DNA of 64,000 nt from the NCBI RefSeq assembly GCF_006345805.1, contig NC_042997.1:4278001-4342000 (forward strand), written 5' to 3'. The translations under genes and the position numbers were made by a program. Every line of letters begins with the position of its first letter. Position 1 is the stretch's first letter. The notes under the pieces were generated by a model, which saw nothing but the letters and a program-made list of their open reading frames with translations, had not been told where the DNA came from and did no database searches. Origin of the DNA: Octopus sinensis. Its lineage: Eukaryota. Of the stretch, positions 1 to 15,456 are shown piece by piece.

Positions 1-1139
1 TTACTCATTCACTCAGTTTTTCTTTCTATCTCTCACATCGCTGTTCCTCTCAATGGATTTCTCAATGTGCCTCGTACGTTGCCAATCTTAATGCAGAAAT
101 GGTACATTTGTTTCACTATGTTGTCAACGGCTCAGTACAGAAAGTTATTTCATGTTTTGTACAAAATGATACATTAGCTGGCGTGTAAAGATTGATAGGT
201 AGTGAAGCAGAGTTTAAACGTGTTTGCCTTACATTTCGTTTGTTAGCGATGCGCATTAATTTGCTAAATTTCTGAATGAACATATATTTCATTAATTTGT
301 AAAGAGTGTGTCATGCATAACATGTCGTTAATATTGCTATGGAAAGATAACTTGTAACATCAACAATCTTCTCACAGAAAACGGAAAAGTAAGACAACTT
401 GATTAGATTTCTAACGTGCATTCATTTTAAGTTACCTTTCTTATATGTAAAATAGGAAAACAAATAGCAAAAGTTGCTCTTCCTGCTTTCAAATTCTACT
501 TTGTACTATACATTATCTGTTTAGATATACTGATGAAAATATTGTAAAAGTACAGCCTATATTTCAAATTCCTTTTGTAGCAGCTTGTGGTATCCTGAGT
601 TATATCGCTCTAGGGTAATAAAAGTAGAAACTCCTGATAAACTGTCAATAATTGATGCATAATCTGTAGTGCATATGGTCTTGACTAACACTCAACACAT
701 CTAATTATTAAACCGCAAACGAAGTAGTGTCGCATTTCAAAGTGGCTTAAAAAGAAATGATTATTTAATCATAATTGATATATTTAATCAAATACATTAG
801 TTTCCTTTATTATTGCAAAATAATACCATTTATTACGCAAATTGTACAACTCTCGAGTGTAAAGTAACTCAGGTTTCGAATATATAATTTGTCACGTTTA
901 AACATTTCGTAATCAATAAACTCTTTTCCCAATAAACTATGATGAAACTCTCTAAAAATGACGATATTCAGATAAAGTAAGCTCAAGAGAGTAAAATGGA
1001 TGAGGCAAACATGTATATTTAGCTTCAATGTTTTCAAAAGTGTCTTGGGCAACATATGATCTTACATTATCGTGTAAGAGCAGCATGTTTATCATTTGAT
1101 AATAGATGAGCGCTTTAATCTACGATTTTCTGTACAATG

Positions 1140-1450
1140 CTTGCAATTGACACCAACTCTTTTCAAATACTTAGATGTGACATATCATAAGAAATGCAAC
1201 CTTTCTTATCCCACCAAAAATGGCAGTAACTATTCTCGTTTTCGACCCATTTTTCATGAATTGTGATGAGTAAATCCCAAAAGGATTTCCTACAAATATA
1301 CTTTGCAATGACGAGTATAGACCAACGCTTCATTACGATGAGCTGCTGTGAGTGTATGAGAAATCCACTGACCAAATAAAGAAACTCTTAGTTTTTGAAG
1401 ATGTTTTATGGCACAAGTTTAACATGAATTAAACTGTTTTATTTTTCATC
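1140..1450 (-). pseudogene. Mariner-type transposase relic (internally deleted)
   Basis: Minus-strand frames give FGQWISHTLT (cf. mariner WVPHEL), ITIHEKWV (cf. IVTGDEKW) and FWWDKKGCISYD (cf. VWWDxKGVIYYE). Frameshifted and collapsed; no TIRs found. Confidence 0.55.
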
Positions 1451-4400
1451 GAGCAATTGGCTTCGTGCTCGCATAGACTACAATTACCTTAAGCAGAATA
1501 TTCATAGAATTTTGTCTTCCAGATTCAGGAAGAGTTATCAATTCTACATAGACAAAACTTTTTTTAGTACAGAAGCATAGTTATAAAATAAATTTCATTG
1601 CTTTAGTGCTAAAGCAATGATCTTAATGTATATTATCTGCTAGATGCGGATGATTCAGAAAGTATAAGCTACGATAAATTTAGGACATACAATATATGTT
1701 CGAAAAATCATTCACTAGAATAATATACCTGTATTTTAATATTATTCTGGAGCTAGTTCCCTAGCTGAGTAAATAATATTTTTTTTTACCGCAGTTGTCA
1801 ATTTTAGTAATCCCGTCACTATTCAATTTAATATGCATGTGCATATATATGTTTATGTGTGTATATTTGTGTGAAATATACGTGATAAATATTCGTCGAT
1901 ATCAACAATTCCATTAGAAACATAAATTGTATAAACAAGATAGGATTATGTGGAAATCAATTATGTTCATTTTAAAAAAATATTATTTCCAAATATACCT
2001 CATACGAAACATTTTGCAATATAAGACGGCATGGAGGGATGTATATTAAGATATCATTGCTCCATTTCATACTAATATATTTTAAAGTAATATCTCTTAA
2101 TACAAGTAGGTTATATATTTTGTGAAGAAATAAACAATTTTTACACTTTTTTACTATCACCGAGATGATAAGCACATTTCGTTAGAGATATATGAACATA
2201 CGCACTTATACATATACCCACGAACATAAATATGTCTGTGTGTGAATGTATGCAGGCATGTAGGTATGTGTGCATATAAGCATGTATGTGTGCATGTATA
2301 GATGTATGTATATATATATATATATTGTATGCATGCATGCATGTATGTATGTGTGGGTGGGTTCTTTTCCTCTGTATTTGTTTCGATTATTGGGCTTCGA
2401 CTATGTTGTTGCACAGCCCTGATGGGCACTTAAGTGATGACATTAAGAGTAACTTTTTGTTTTTGATTTTTGTTTTTAATCTGTCAGTGTCTACCTTGTC
2501 CGACGCTAAGTTCCATGCACGTAGATATGTCAATAGAAGAATGTCGGTGAACACATTGCGAGCACAAAGTGAAATCCACGAATAGTTTCAAAATCACGAA
2601 AATACACAAGCGTACAATGACACGTTTATATATGTTTGCGTGTGTGTATTTGCTTAAGTATGCTTGTGTACATATGTGAATATATGACGTTTGCATGAGT
2701 TTAAATTTATTCCCATGTTTTGGCTTGTGTGTACGCTTGTGCTTCTGTGTAGGTTAAAGATCTAATTGTGATATTATGTATTGGGCTTGTTTTATTATCT
2801 TCTATTTGTTTTGATATATGAGATATTGTTTGACAATTCCTGAAGCTAAACACAGCGAGTTAATGGATCAACAATTATTTACGTACGTAAACTTTTAGCT
2901 TGGCATCAAACAATCGTTTCCTTCACTTATTTTTAGTTTAGTTTTCAATCGATAATACATTTAAAATGCAAATACAATGTATAAATTTATGCATGGATAT
3001 ATTTGTCAAATAATACAAATGACATATTCCGACATCACAGCACACTTTCGCTAACTCACACACGATCTAATGAATTTGATGTACGCTTCTTGTCCATCAT
3101 TTTAGAATAGAGAATGAAATAATTTTCCAATAAAGCATGCTCTGTGTTCCCTTAATGGTGCATTACCCTGTGATACTTGAATGGAAACACAAAATTAAGT
3201 GCACAGTGAAAAGTGTAATCTCACAAAGAAATAATATTCCTGGTCCAGTGAACATTAAATGCAGAAACACTACATTTTTATGCAGCTTGGAACTTTCTAT
3301 AACCCTAATTTTGTAACAGATGATAACACTGGCCAAATAAATGAAACTATTTTGTAATTATCAGAGTTGCTGATTGATTTTTCTGGGTTAAATTATGATG
3401 CTGATTATGAATCTGAAGTCCGATTTCCTCTATCATGTTGATGATACCTGCTGTTTTAAATTATAGGATAGTTAAAGCATGTCTATATAAAGTATACTGA
3501 ATACAAAATGCGATACTGTCATGGCTTTATATTGTACACATAAGTTAGAATACACTCAAATGCATAACAACTTAAAGTCTTAGGAATTTGGACTTTCTAT
3601 GGAGTTTTGTTTCAGGTTCCTCCTTGTATAACATCCAACAGTAGTCCAACATTACTGTAGTCCAAAATCCTTGTTATCGTTGTTCCGTGTATGCAATACC
3701 TTCATGAAAGCATTCCCCTTGCTTATCAGACACTGCTAGTGATTATCAAAGAAAACATTTTCAGTTTCACTTTCCAGCAATTATTTTCTAACAAGTATTG
3801 TTATATATATATGTAAATATAGCATAAAGGTTTCCGAGATAACACAGATTATCTAAACGGTTTTTCACCATAAGTCATGAAGTCATTGACAATACTTTTC
3901 TGATTTTATTCTTCTATTAATAGTGGATTTGGCGTGTATTTGTTTGACTTTATGCATTGTGAAAAACGGCTACAATTGTATGTTGTTTCAATTTCTATAT
4001 ATTTATTTTATACGTTAATGCAAACTATGACACTGCGTTGCATGTATAGGTAGAGTGTATTTAATTTGAATGGCGTATATTCAGTAAGTAAATAAGTGTT
4101 CTAGGTAATATAGTCATCAGATTTTGTAGACACATCTCTGTATTCTTCAATAGCTGTATTAGTCTTTGTTTTGTTTTTAACTCTGTATTTTCCCTCTAGT
4201 GTCTCATTTTCTATGCATATAAATCATATACAGCTTATAGACAGTAGTTAATTTAAATTTCGTACCAAACTTTGCTGCTCTATTCTGTTCGATATTTTCA
4301 CCAAGACGTTTGTTTCTCTTTTCCTCCTAAACCTAATACTAGATACTCTGTGTTATATGCCTCGAACACTGAAATAGAGTGTGCGTGTCATATTTTTTCT

Positions 4401-5649
4401 TTTGAAATTAATTTTGCATTAATGATGTATGTTTTGTTGAACTCTCTCTAGGTTCAGCCTAGGCAAACTTTTGTGCAAATTGTATAAACTAAAGGATATT
4501 AAGTCGCAGGATGAGTTAATGGTGATTGTAAATATAAAGGTGGATTATAAAATTGTTATTTTGTGTTATTTTGTTGGGTTTCTTTATTTCATTGGTATAT
4601 CGTACTTTACATGACCATAATGCTGCTTGAATACTGATAAAATATCCTAAAATTCTATCAATTCTTACATAATGTAGATAATAATGATATAATTAAAGAG
4701 TAAATTGTGGATAATTCTATTGGGTAGATCGCATTATTTTCAATAAATTTTAAATTCTTTGTTTTTTGTTTGTTTTTTGGGGGTATTTTTTGGTATATTT
4801 TCTGTTTGAGATGTATATTTCAACTTCAAAAGAAATATCATGTTAAAGGATTTACAATTTGCGATTAAATGTGATAAACATTTAGGAAAATGTATATTCG
4901 GTATATTCTTCAAGTACTAACTTGCTTAAATCTATGGAATAATGACAAAACAGACATAGGCGATGTGATTTCATGTAAAGTGGTTAAAAGTTATTGCTGA
5001 AAATTATTACTAATTCCTACAATATCCTTGGAGTCAATAATGAATTTAATGTTAGTTTAAAGATTTTTTGAAATCCAAATTGATTCTTTAGAGATGCAAA
5101 TATATATTCTAGCTGGTGAGATATCAATATCACTGTTGAATACAATTATGGTTGATATGTCATAGCTTATGTGCAACTGTTATAAAGGATTCCGTAACTG
5201 TAGCAATAGATCTTTATACAATGTCAAGATGATGTTGTGATGTGTTTTCTCAGGTTTTCCATTGAATTAATGAGGTAAATTTTGTATAGTACTAATACCT
5301 TGAAAGAAGCAGATTCCTTACTATTACATCGGTAATATTAAGGAATCTAAGTCAACAAATGTTTCTCATATTATCAAGAATATTCACTTCCTCAATAACG
5401 AGGGAGTAAGTTATGAGGAACTAATATATTCACAAGAAGTCATACATCAAACTTCCCCTGTTCAACACGTATACACGATTATACACGCATATGACCAAAT
5501 ATATGAAAAGATAAATAAGTGCGCAAACATAGAGCATACATTTGAGAAAATACAATGGACTAAGTAATATATATTAGATATGTAATATATTCATATGTCC
5601 CAGGATATAGATTTATGATACTACCAGCTGGTGCAATAGCGTTGCTAAA

Positions 5650-6100
5650 TTCGTGAGGTATGTGGTATGATTTCAATGAGTCTTTATATGTAACCTTCAA
5701 GTGCTTTTCTGTCCACATTGTATGCGCCCAAGTGTCTCATGGGAGTAAGTACCACCATGTATTGATGAACAATCATCAGAATTGAATCACCATGATTTAA
5801 ATTTGCATTTGGCAGAAAACATTTATTTGTATCATGATGATTCATGCGGGGTAACACTATGATGACAACATTGCGCTGATTAAAAAGTGTGAGCAATATG
5901 AAAGCTATGACATAGTGAGATTCAATCGAGTCTACGTATCCATGGCTCAAAGGCAGGGATATTACATGCAGTATTTATCCTCACATTCTTGAACCTGTTC
6001 TGATGCTCAATTCAGACAGATGTTTGAAGCTACTTGGCATTTGGTGGATCCCTTGCTGGAGAGGATTGCTACTGGAAGGCTATATATGTGAGAGCAAATT
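5650..6100 (+). pseudogene. Possible second, very decayed mariner-like transposase relic
   Basis: Fragments YPHILEPVL and DPLLERIATG resemble WVPHEL and DPFLxRIVTGD. Many stops; weak. Confidence 0.3.
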
Positions 6101-6368
6101 AGTCTAATGCCATATATGTATATATCAAAAATATAACTACACTCCGATTGTAGGCGATTTTTCATTACTTCTTCCTTTTATTTTGGATATTCCTATGTCT
6201 CCAGTTTCTGAAGGAGAGCTATACACGAAATGTAAAACAACAACTTCGGAACTGGTAAATATCGAAGCGATGTGTATAAAGGAGGCCACTCTTCAGTCCA
6301 AGGATACGTATAGTTACTACAGAGAGCTTGAAGCTTTGTTTCTGTATCTCGAGATTTGCATCTTATTA

Positions 6369-6394
<26 letters not shown>

Positions 6395-6400
<6 letters not shown>

Positions 6401-6758
6401 AGAAAAAGGTTTGAAAATGCAATTTAAACCATGTTTATTTACTTAACCGGTTTCACTCTTTGGTAAAAGATTGTCAAAAGTAACATTTAAGGAAACATTG
6501 ATTAATATGGGTTCAAAAAATGTTTTTAACATAATTGTCACATTGAATATTATGCATTCAAAACAGTTTTTTACATAATTGTCACATTGGATATTATGAA
6601 TTCAAAAATGTTTTTTTATACATAATTGTCACATTACATGTATAAATATAGTGTTTGGTAACAGAGAAGTTCAATAGTGTGATGAGAATATTTGGGAAAA
6701 TTTGGTAGAAAAGGATAAAACAAATATATTATTGGGAATTGGTTGCGTTAATTATTGG
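6395..6758 (-). repeat. Left arm of ~365-bp inverted repeat (partner 10392-10757), with internal ~45-bp subrepeats
   Basis: Direct reverse-complement match with few substitutions. Internal unit CATAATTGTCACATTGRATATTATGMATTCAAAA occurs about 2.5 times. Confidence 0.95.
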
Positions 6759-6761
6759 AAC

Positions 6762-8737
6762 TTCCCTTATGGTGAACTCCCACAACCTAAACTCAAACCC
6801 AACACCACTAAAGGAGAATGGGAAATCATCCATACGCTACGAGACAATCATGACGTCACAATAAAGGAAGCTGATAAGGGTAGTACGGTCGTTGTTATGA
6901 ATACTGAGCAATATGAAAACTCTGTATCTCTCCTTTTAGAGGATACCACATACTATGAAAGAGTAGTCGACTACCAGCAATCCAAAACAATGACCAAACT
7001 GAAGGCACTCATTTACCAACACCGGAATGACTTCACAGCAAAGGAATGCGACTACATTACTAAATTTAATTGCAAAACCAGCACACTCTATGGGCTTCCA
7101 AAAATACACAAGAGTCAAATTATCACAGAAGCTTGCAAAAAGTCCACTTCAACCTGCATCACTATACCACATCCCACTGATCTCAAACTGAGACCAATAG
7201 TGGCAGGCCCAAATTGTGAAACACACAGACTTAGCAACTTTATAGATATCATCTTAAAGCCAATACTGAAACACATTCCAAGTATTGTAAGAGATGACCT
7301 GGACCTATTAAACCATCTCCCCAAACATGCCGATAAAGACACCTTAATCGTTTCTTTTGATGTTATTAATCTTTACACCACAATCCCACATGAATATGGA
7401 CTGGAAGCCATTAAATTCTGGCTGGATAAATATCCCAATGAGATCCCGGAAAGAATTTAAAAAGAATTCATAATTGAGGGCCTCAAATTTATTCTGCAAA
7501 ACAACTTCATGTATTTCCACAACAACACTTACAGACAGGTCTCAGGAACTGCAATGGGTACGAAAGTTGCACCTACCTATGCAAACCTGGTGATGGCCTA
7601 CCTGGAATCACATATCTATGAAAAATCCAAATATAAGTACGGCCAGTCTTTCCACAAATACCTGTTGGAGAACTGGAAACGCTACTTAGATGATTGCCTC
7701 ATCCTATGGTCCCACACACTCGACCAACTTATAGACTTCAAAAACCTTATCAACAGTGTAAATAACAACATTCAATTCACAATGGAATATAGTCAGGACC
7801 AACTCCCTTTTCTTGACATCCTAATCATTAAAAAAGGCGTCAACATTGAAACTGACATCCGTTACAAACCCACTGACTCTAAACAATACCTTCTATTCAC
7901 CTCCAATCACCCAAAACACACAAAGACAAATATCCCCTTCAACCTAGCGAGAAGAATCTGCACTATTGTCTCAAATGACACAACACGAAATAGAAGACTC
8001 CGGGAACTAAGGGCAATTCTTCTCGAAAGACATTACCCGGCATCACTAGTAGACAACGGAATAGAACGGGCCAAATCAATCAACATTCAGACCTTCGAAA
8101 ACCCAAACACATCCACAGTACAGTAAATAGCCTCCCCTATCTCTCAACACACAACCCTAGGAATGCAGAAGCTTACACTATTATATACAACAACATTCCA
8201 CAACTAAATCAAGACCCACGCCTGAAAAAAATACTGGCAGCTCATAAAATAATAAAAAGTAAGAGACAACCTAAATCCCTAAAAAACCTCCTCACCAACG
8301 CAAAATTACACAACACAAACCCACCGCCCACCATCAAAATATGTGGTCGCCCCAACTGCAAGACCTGCATCCACCTCATTGAGGGATCGTCGTACAAGTT
8401 CCACTCGGGACACACATTCATCATAAAAAATAATTTCACGTGCGCATCAAAAAATTTACTCTACGTCATAAGGTGTGAAGGATGCCACGAAGACTACATA
8501 GGGCAAACGAGCCTTACCCTCAGAGAAAGAATGACAGTTCACCGACAACAACTGAGGGACCCCTCCACAAGACAAATACCACTAAGTGGACACTTAGACC
8601 TTTGTGCACACAATAAGTCCCCCAAATTCTTAGTCTTCCCACTATACCAATGCTCGGACAACACCACAGACCAAACACGAATAAATAAGGAAAGTAATCT
8701 TATTCAAGAATACAGACCACAACTAAACATACTCTAA
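6762..8737 (+). pseudogene. PLE reverse transcriptase + GIY-YIG endonuclease ORF, disrupted by one stop and one 1-bp deletion
   Basis: Motifs TIKEADKG, RPIVAG, SFDVINLYTTIP, GTAMGTKVAPTYANL, KRYLDDC and LPFLD. In-frame TAA at 7458-7460 and a -1 shift near 8092. The frame then continues through CGRPNCKTC and NLLYVIRCEGCHEDYIGQT to RPQLNIL*. The Cys-rich linker is Neptune-like. Confidence 0.92.
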
Positions 8738-8879
8738 CATACCCCCTGGAAACACATCCAGAGCAAGCACACAGGGACGCGCGCACGCTCACAGCATATC
8801 GTGCGGGCGGGCACATGCGCGCATCGGCACGCATAGGACACACTAGCGGGCATTGACCGCACACATACGTGGCATGCAC

Positions 8880-9158
8880 ACGCATGCATTATATATATGT
8901 AGGTGATGTATGTGTGTGAGTGTTGTGTGTGTGTGTGTGTGTGCACGTTGTGTGTGTGTGTGCGCGGGTGTATATATATATATGTGTGTGTGTGTGTGTG
9001 CACTGTGTGCGTGTGTGTATATGTGTGTGTGCGCGCGTTGTGTGTGTATGTGTGCACGTGTGTATATATGTGTGTGTGTGTGCACTGTGAGCGGGTGTGT
9101 GTGTATGTGTGTGTGTGAGCATTGTGTACGTGTGTATGTATTTACATGTGTATTTGTT

Positions 9159-9192
<34 letters not shown>

Positions 9193-9397
9193 ATATGTGT
9201 GTGTTGTGTGTGTATATGCATGGTATGTGTGTATATGTTAGTACTTTGTTTGTGTGTATGTGCGGTATGTAGAGATATATTTGAGTGTGTACGATATAGG
9301 TTTGTAATTTGTGTGTGTGGGGGGGTGAATTTTTTATATATATATATGTGTGTGTATGTGTGTGAAAAAATATATGTATGTGCATGTATGTATGTAT

Positions 9398-9445
<48 letters not shown>

Positions 9446-9839
9446 GTGTGTGTGTATGTGTGCATTGTGTATATGTATATTGTAGGTGTGCTATATATGC
9501 ATGAATACATGTATATGCATTGCGTGTATATATATGTATGCATTGTGTATGTATGTTATGTGTGTGTGTGTATATATATATTATATGTATGCGTACGTGT
9601 ATGTGCATGCATTGTATGTATGTATATTGTGTGTATATGTGGTATATCTATGTATGTGTATGTAAACACTTTTTATATGTATATATGTATATATGTATAT
9701 GCATTGTCTATATATATATATATATTATATGTATGTATTGCGTATGTATATTGCATACATATATTGTGTATGTGTATTATTTACATGCTGTGTATATATA
9801 TGCTAGTTTTATTTGTGTGATATTTATATTATGTATGTA

Positions 9840-9877
<38 letters not shown>

Positions 9878-10090
9878 GTGTGTGTATGTGTGTTATATAT
9901 CTGTGTATATTATATATAGATACATGTTATATTTTTGTGCTGTGTGTATATGTGATATATGTGGGTGCGTTATGTGTGTGTCTGTGCTCTGTGCGTGTCT
10001 GTGTTGTTTGTATGTGGTGTGTGTTTGTATACTATGTGTGTGTGTGTGTTGTTGTGTGTGTGTGTGTGTGTGTATATATATGTGTGTGAC
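8880..10090. repeat. Compound (TG)/(TA)/(TATG) microsatellite mosaic inside the PLE 3' region
   Basis: Seen directly; lies between the PLE stop codon and the right inverted-repeat arm. Confidence 0.95.
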
Positions 10091-10391
10091 AAACAGACGC
10101 TATCTGACCAGCAAGCACGGACACATCTATTCACACCCGCACACTAACCTCCTGATAACCCCAAAATCATTCATGCATAAAGGGGAAGTATACACCACAT
10201 TGTTTACTTCTTCTTTTCTCTCAGTTCAGCCTTTCTGCTAATACCAACAGGTCAGTAAAAATATATTCTCGCCTTGAACTTAAAATATTCTGAGATGTAT
10301 AAAAAATCCATTTTAATTTTTGCTGTCAAAAGGCTGTATATATATACCAAAGACTGTATATATATACATGTATTGTGACAATTTGCGACAA

Positions 10392-10757
10392 CCAATAATT
10401 AACGCAACCAATTCCCAATAATATATTTGTTTTATCCTTTTCTGCCAAATTTTCCCAAATATTCTCATCACACTATTGAACTTCTCTGTTACCAAACACT
10501 ATATTTATATATGTAACGTGACAATTATGTATAAAAAAAACATTTTTGAATTCATAATATCCAATGTGACAATTATGTAAAAAACTGTTTTGAATGCATA
10601 ATATTCAATGTGACAATTACGTAAAAAACTTTTTTTGAACCCATATTATTCAATGTTTCCTTAAATGTTACTTTTGACAATCTTTTACCAAAGAGTGAAA
10701 CCGGTTAAGTAAATAAACATCGTTTAAATTGCATTTTCAAACCTTTTTTCTTATATA
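10392..10757 (+). repeat. Right arm of ~365-bp inverted repeat (PLE 3' end)
   Basis: Reverse complement of 6395-6758. Confidence 0.95.
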
Positions 10758-10787
10758 ATCCCACTCGTGCGATACCCCACAACTCAA

Positions 10788-10846
<59 letters not shown>

Positions 10847-10847
10847 T

Positions 10848-10899
<52 letters not shown>

Positions 10900-11010
10900 T
10901 ATATACATAGGTATATATGTATGTATATATATGTATATATATATAATATATATATATATATACATATGTATATATATGTATATATATATATGTATATATA
11001 GATATGTATG

Positions 11011-11043
<33 letters not shown>

Positions 11044-11379
11044 ATGTATGTATATATATATGTATATGGATATGTATGTATATATATATGTATATTAATA
11101 TGTATATATATACATGTATATGTATATATGTATGTATACGCATGTATATATTTTGTTATATTTTTTGACAGTCATTTCGGTTTTACATAATGAACTCGTT
11201 CTTCACTTCAAATTTTTTTATTGTAATCTTTTTATGCCATGTGTCTTAAAATCTTCCGTTAAACATCTAGTGCTATGTTCAGCAACTCTTCATCGCTCCT
11301 GACTCCTAAGGCGACACACGCCTTCGTCTATTTTACAAAACAAATAGATGGGCGCAACGTGTATGTGTGTGCAAGTGTG

Positions 11380-11438
<59 letters not shown>

Positions 11439-11480
11439 ATATCTGTGTGTGTGCCTGGGTTACACGCCAACAGAACATGG

Positions 11481-11534
<54 letters not shown>

Positions 11535-11883
11535 GCATATACGTTCTGTATATATATGTGTGTGTGTGTGTTGTTATATACATAAATTTGAAATATCAAT
11601 CAAGCTTTATCAAACATGTTTTAGGATTCTACTGCTACTAATCTTTGAAATTATAAATAATGGTGTCTAATGAAGATTACTTCAATAATGTATGAACTAA
11701 ATCACCTTCTGATTATGTATTACATATTCAAAATATAATATTCACTAATACAAAATTGTTGCACGCAAAATATTACAAATTCTCTTTAGAGAATTTATTA
11801 CGGAACATTGTATTATAGAATGATAGGTTTGAATAAGAAAAGTAAATGATTTCATCAATGTTTCGTGAAATATAGGCAAATGC

Positions 11884-11907
11884 ATAATAATAATAATAAT
11901 AATAATA

Positions 11908-11947
<40 letters not shown>

Positions 11948-12103
11948 GAAGAAGAAGAAGAAGAAGAAGAGTAATAGTAATAATAATAATAATACTAATA
12001 ACAATAATAAATAATGATAACAATAATAATAATAATAATAATATAATAATAATAATAATAATAAAATAATAATAATAATAATAATAATGATAATAATATA
12101 ATA

Positions 12104-12181
<78 letters not shown>
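11884..12181. repeat. (TAA)n microsatellite; similar arrays at 14464-14605, 15318-15456, 16050-16114, 16555-16635 and (ATC)n at 15925-16050
   Basis: Seen directly. Confidence 0.97.
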
Positions 12182-12183
<2 letters not shown>

Positions 12184-12768
12184 AGCGATATTCTGAAATA
12201 CATCACAATAAACAACATCACAGAAACAAATAATTTGATCAAAGCAGCAAGCATTGTTGTAATAGAAAACGTGGGTGTTGATATGAAAATGAAACATAAT
12301 GGGAGTGACAAATACAGGGCGCTGAAAAGGATGTATAATACTGAAAGAAAGGGCTTGAAAGTCGTAGTGGAGGAACCGAAACAGTGCCTCGTTGCAAAGA
12401 AAGCAAATATGGTAAATACGACCAAAAAATTAAGAGTAATGACCAGAATAGGTTATACAGAATAGATCAGAAGAGATTCTATAATAAATAAATGGAGAGT
12501 GGACATATGAAAAGTTGATGCCAGATAACATTGAAAGACAAATGTTTGGGAGTGACATCTGGAGCAAACACAAGGAGCACAAAAAGGATGCGAAATTGTT
12601 GCAAGAACTGCAACAAACAGCAGTCTGTCCAAAACAGGCAGAACTAGTCATTTCAGGTAAGTGAAGGAAATCAGCAGAAAAATGAGCAACTGGAAGGCCC
12701 GGGACCTGATGGACTTCAAGGCTGCTACTGGATCAAAATATTTGGTGAATCTCATACACGAATAGTCC
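12182..12768 (+). mobile_element. R4/Dong-like RLE non-LTR retrotransposon fragment (N-terminal to RT start)
   Basis: Frameshifted translation gives TNNLIKAASIVV and KMSNWKA-PGPDGLQG-YWIK, directly after (TAA)n. Confidence 0.75.
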
Positions 12769-14462
12769 CATGTCTGGTAATTATTCTTCCAGTCCTTTTT
12801 GTAGATCTTCTTTCGTTCTATCTGTCTTTCTCTTCCTTTGATTAAGCCATCGTTCCATGACTTTAAAAAAGTTTACTTGCAGTGGGCTAGGCATCTCATT
12901 TTGTGTGAGTTCGTATCGTAATCGATACGTACGCAACCTTCCACACTTACCAATCCTCTTCCTTCATTTGCTCTCTTCATGTAGAGGCCAGCAATGACTG
13001 CACGTGAATGATGGGCACCGTGCATCGTTAGGAGCTTTCTTGACTTCCTGCCTATCTCATTTACTCCTCTGTCGAAATTCTTGATGCAAGCACCATACCA
13101 CACTGCTGCAACTACGCGCTTTCGAAATTCGCTTTGGTGCCAGTAATTTCCTCACTCCCCGCAGGTACTCGCATTTTGTCTCTTACTTGTTGTCGTGTTG
13201 AATTCCATCTGCCTCATGTATACTCAGGTATTTCTTGCTGGATTGAAATTTACTCACCTTCAACATCACTTGGCAAACATATGCCTTCTGTTCCTAATAC
13301 ATTTCCTCGTCTCATAATAATCGTGGCACATTGTTCGAGCCCAAACTACATTTTAATATCACTGGAGAAACTTCGCACAGAATGGACTAAGCTCTTCAGT
13401 TCAACCTCACATTTTGTGAATAGCTTCAAGTCAGCCATCAATATCAAGTGGTTCAGTTTTCGCTTACGTCTCCAGAGAACATACCCAAACTTTGTTTTCT
13501 GTAGTATTTCACACAAATGGGTAATTCCCAACAGAAAGATTGGTGGTAACATACTGTCCCCGACTCAGAAGATTCGTCTCCTGATTTTCACTTCTAATAT
13601 TTGATTTCCTGCTGTAAATTCCGTTCTCCACAATTTCCTGCTATTTCATATACTGCTTCTCATGTTTTCTGTTACTCCATACATTTCTATCTTTCTTATT
13701 GTCAATGAGTATAGTATCATATCGTATGGCTTACGATAGTCCACCGATGACATACTCAGGTGTGTCCGACTTCACTTGCATTTTCTGATTATTACGTTAT
13801 CGATTATGAGCTGATATTTCGTTCCCAGGTTCATCCTTCGGCACACTTGCTATTCAATAGGTAACAGTCAGCTTGTTCTATGTATCTATAAATTTCACCC
13901 ACCAAAGCACCTGACAGTAGTTTCTACATTAGTGGGAGACACGTTCTTGGTCATAAGTTCGATTAAAGATTTCCCTTTTCAGGATCATTGGCACATAACA
14001 ACGTTACTCCTTTGTCACCCAGCAGCTTAGTGCACCTTCGTGCTAGTACTAATCTAGCTGTTGCGCTATCGTTTCATGGGTCCCTCTAAGTTTCTTCATC
14101 CTGTAAACTTGGACCCCATCTGGTCCTGGACTCCTCCAATTTGGGAATTTTCTGAATTGCCTTCTTATCATTTCTGTATTGATTTTTATGTTTGCTTGGC
14201 CTTCTATATTTCTTAACCTATCTTTGATTTCATGCAGCCCCTCCGCTTCATAATTATTCTCTAGAGGTTGGTCACAGATCGAACTCCAGAATGCCCTGCA
14301 TTTCAATTCTTCCTATATCACTTAATACCTTTGCTTTTCTTATTCTATATCTACTTTCATTCTGCAGTTCCCCTCTACTCAATCTATCAACTTGTCCTAA
14401 ATGTCAGGACGGGTAGCCGTTGCTCACTTATTTCGAAGAGTCCTTTTTCATTCCAATTTGCT
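12768..14462 (-). mobile_element. R4/Dong-like RT fragment, decayed
   Basis: NWRSPGPDGVQ, LNHLILMADLKLF (cf. NHLLFMDDLKLY) and GAHH..LYMKRANEGRGLVSVEGC (cf. LYLPRKEGGRGL). Confidence 0.85.
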
Positions 14463-14506
14463 AATTATTATTATTATTATTATTATGATCATTATTATTA
14501 TTATTA

Positions 14507-15318
<812 letters not shown>

Positions 15319-15330
15319 TATTATTATTGC

Positions 15331-15456
<126 letters not shown>

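Larger units (their letters stand above)
6395..10790 (+). mobile_element. Young 5'-truncated Penelope-like retroelement with an inverted copy of its 3' end at the 5' junction
   Basis: RT + GIY-YIG coding region 6762-8737, a long microsatellite-rich 3' region, and 6395-6758 is the reverse complement of 10392-10757. Confidence 0.9.

Noticed and set aside
5303-5570. ~88-codon stop-free plus-strand frame with an internal GGA|GTAAGT donor-like site
   Set aside because: No start codon, a weak acceptor and no recognisable homology; could be chance or a TE relic.
10152-10195. HHR-like CTGATAA-CCCC...GGG-GAAG in the PLE 3' region
   Set aside because: G8 and A15.1 are non-canonical and there is no stem I partner.
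11662-11706. Possible relic HHR GGTGT-CTAATGA-AGATTAC..GTAT-GAAC..TCACC
   Set aside because: Core and stems carry several lesions; at best a fossil.
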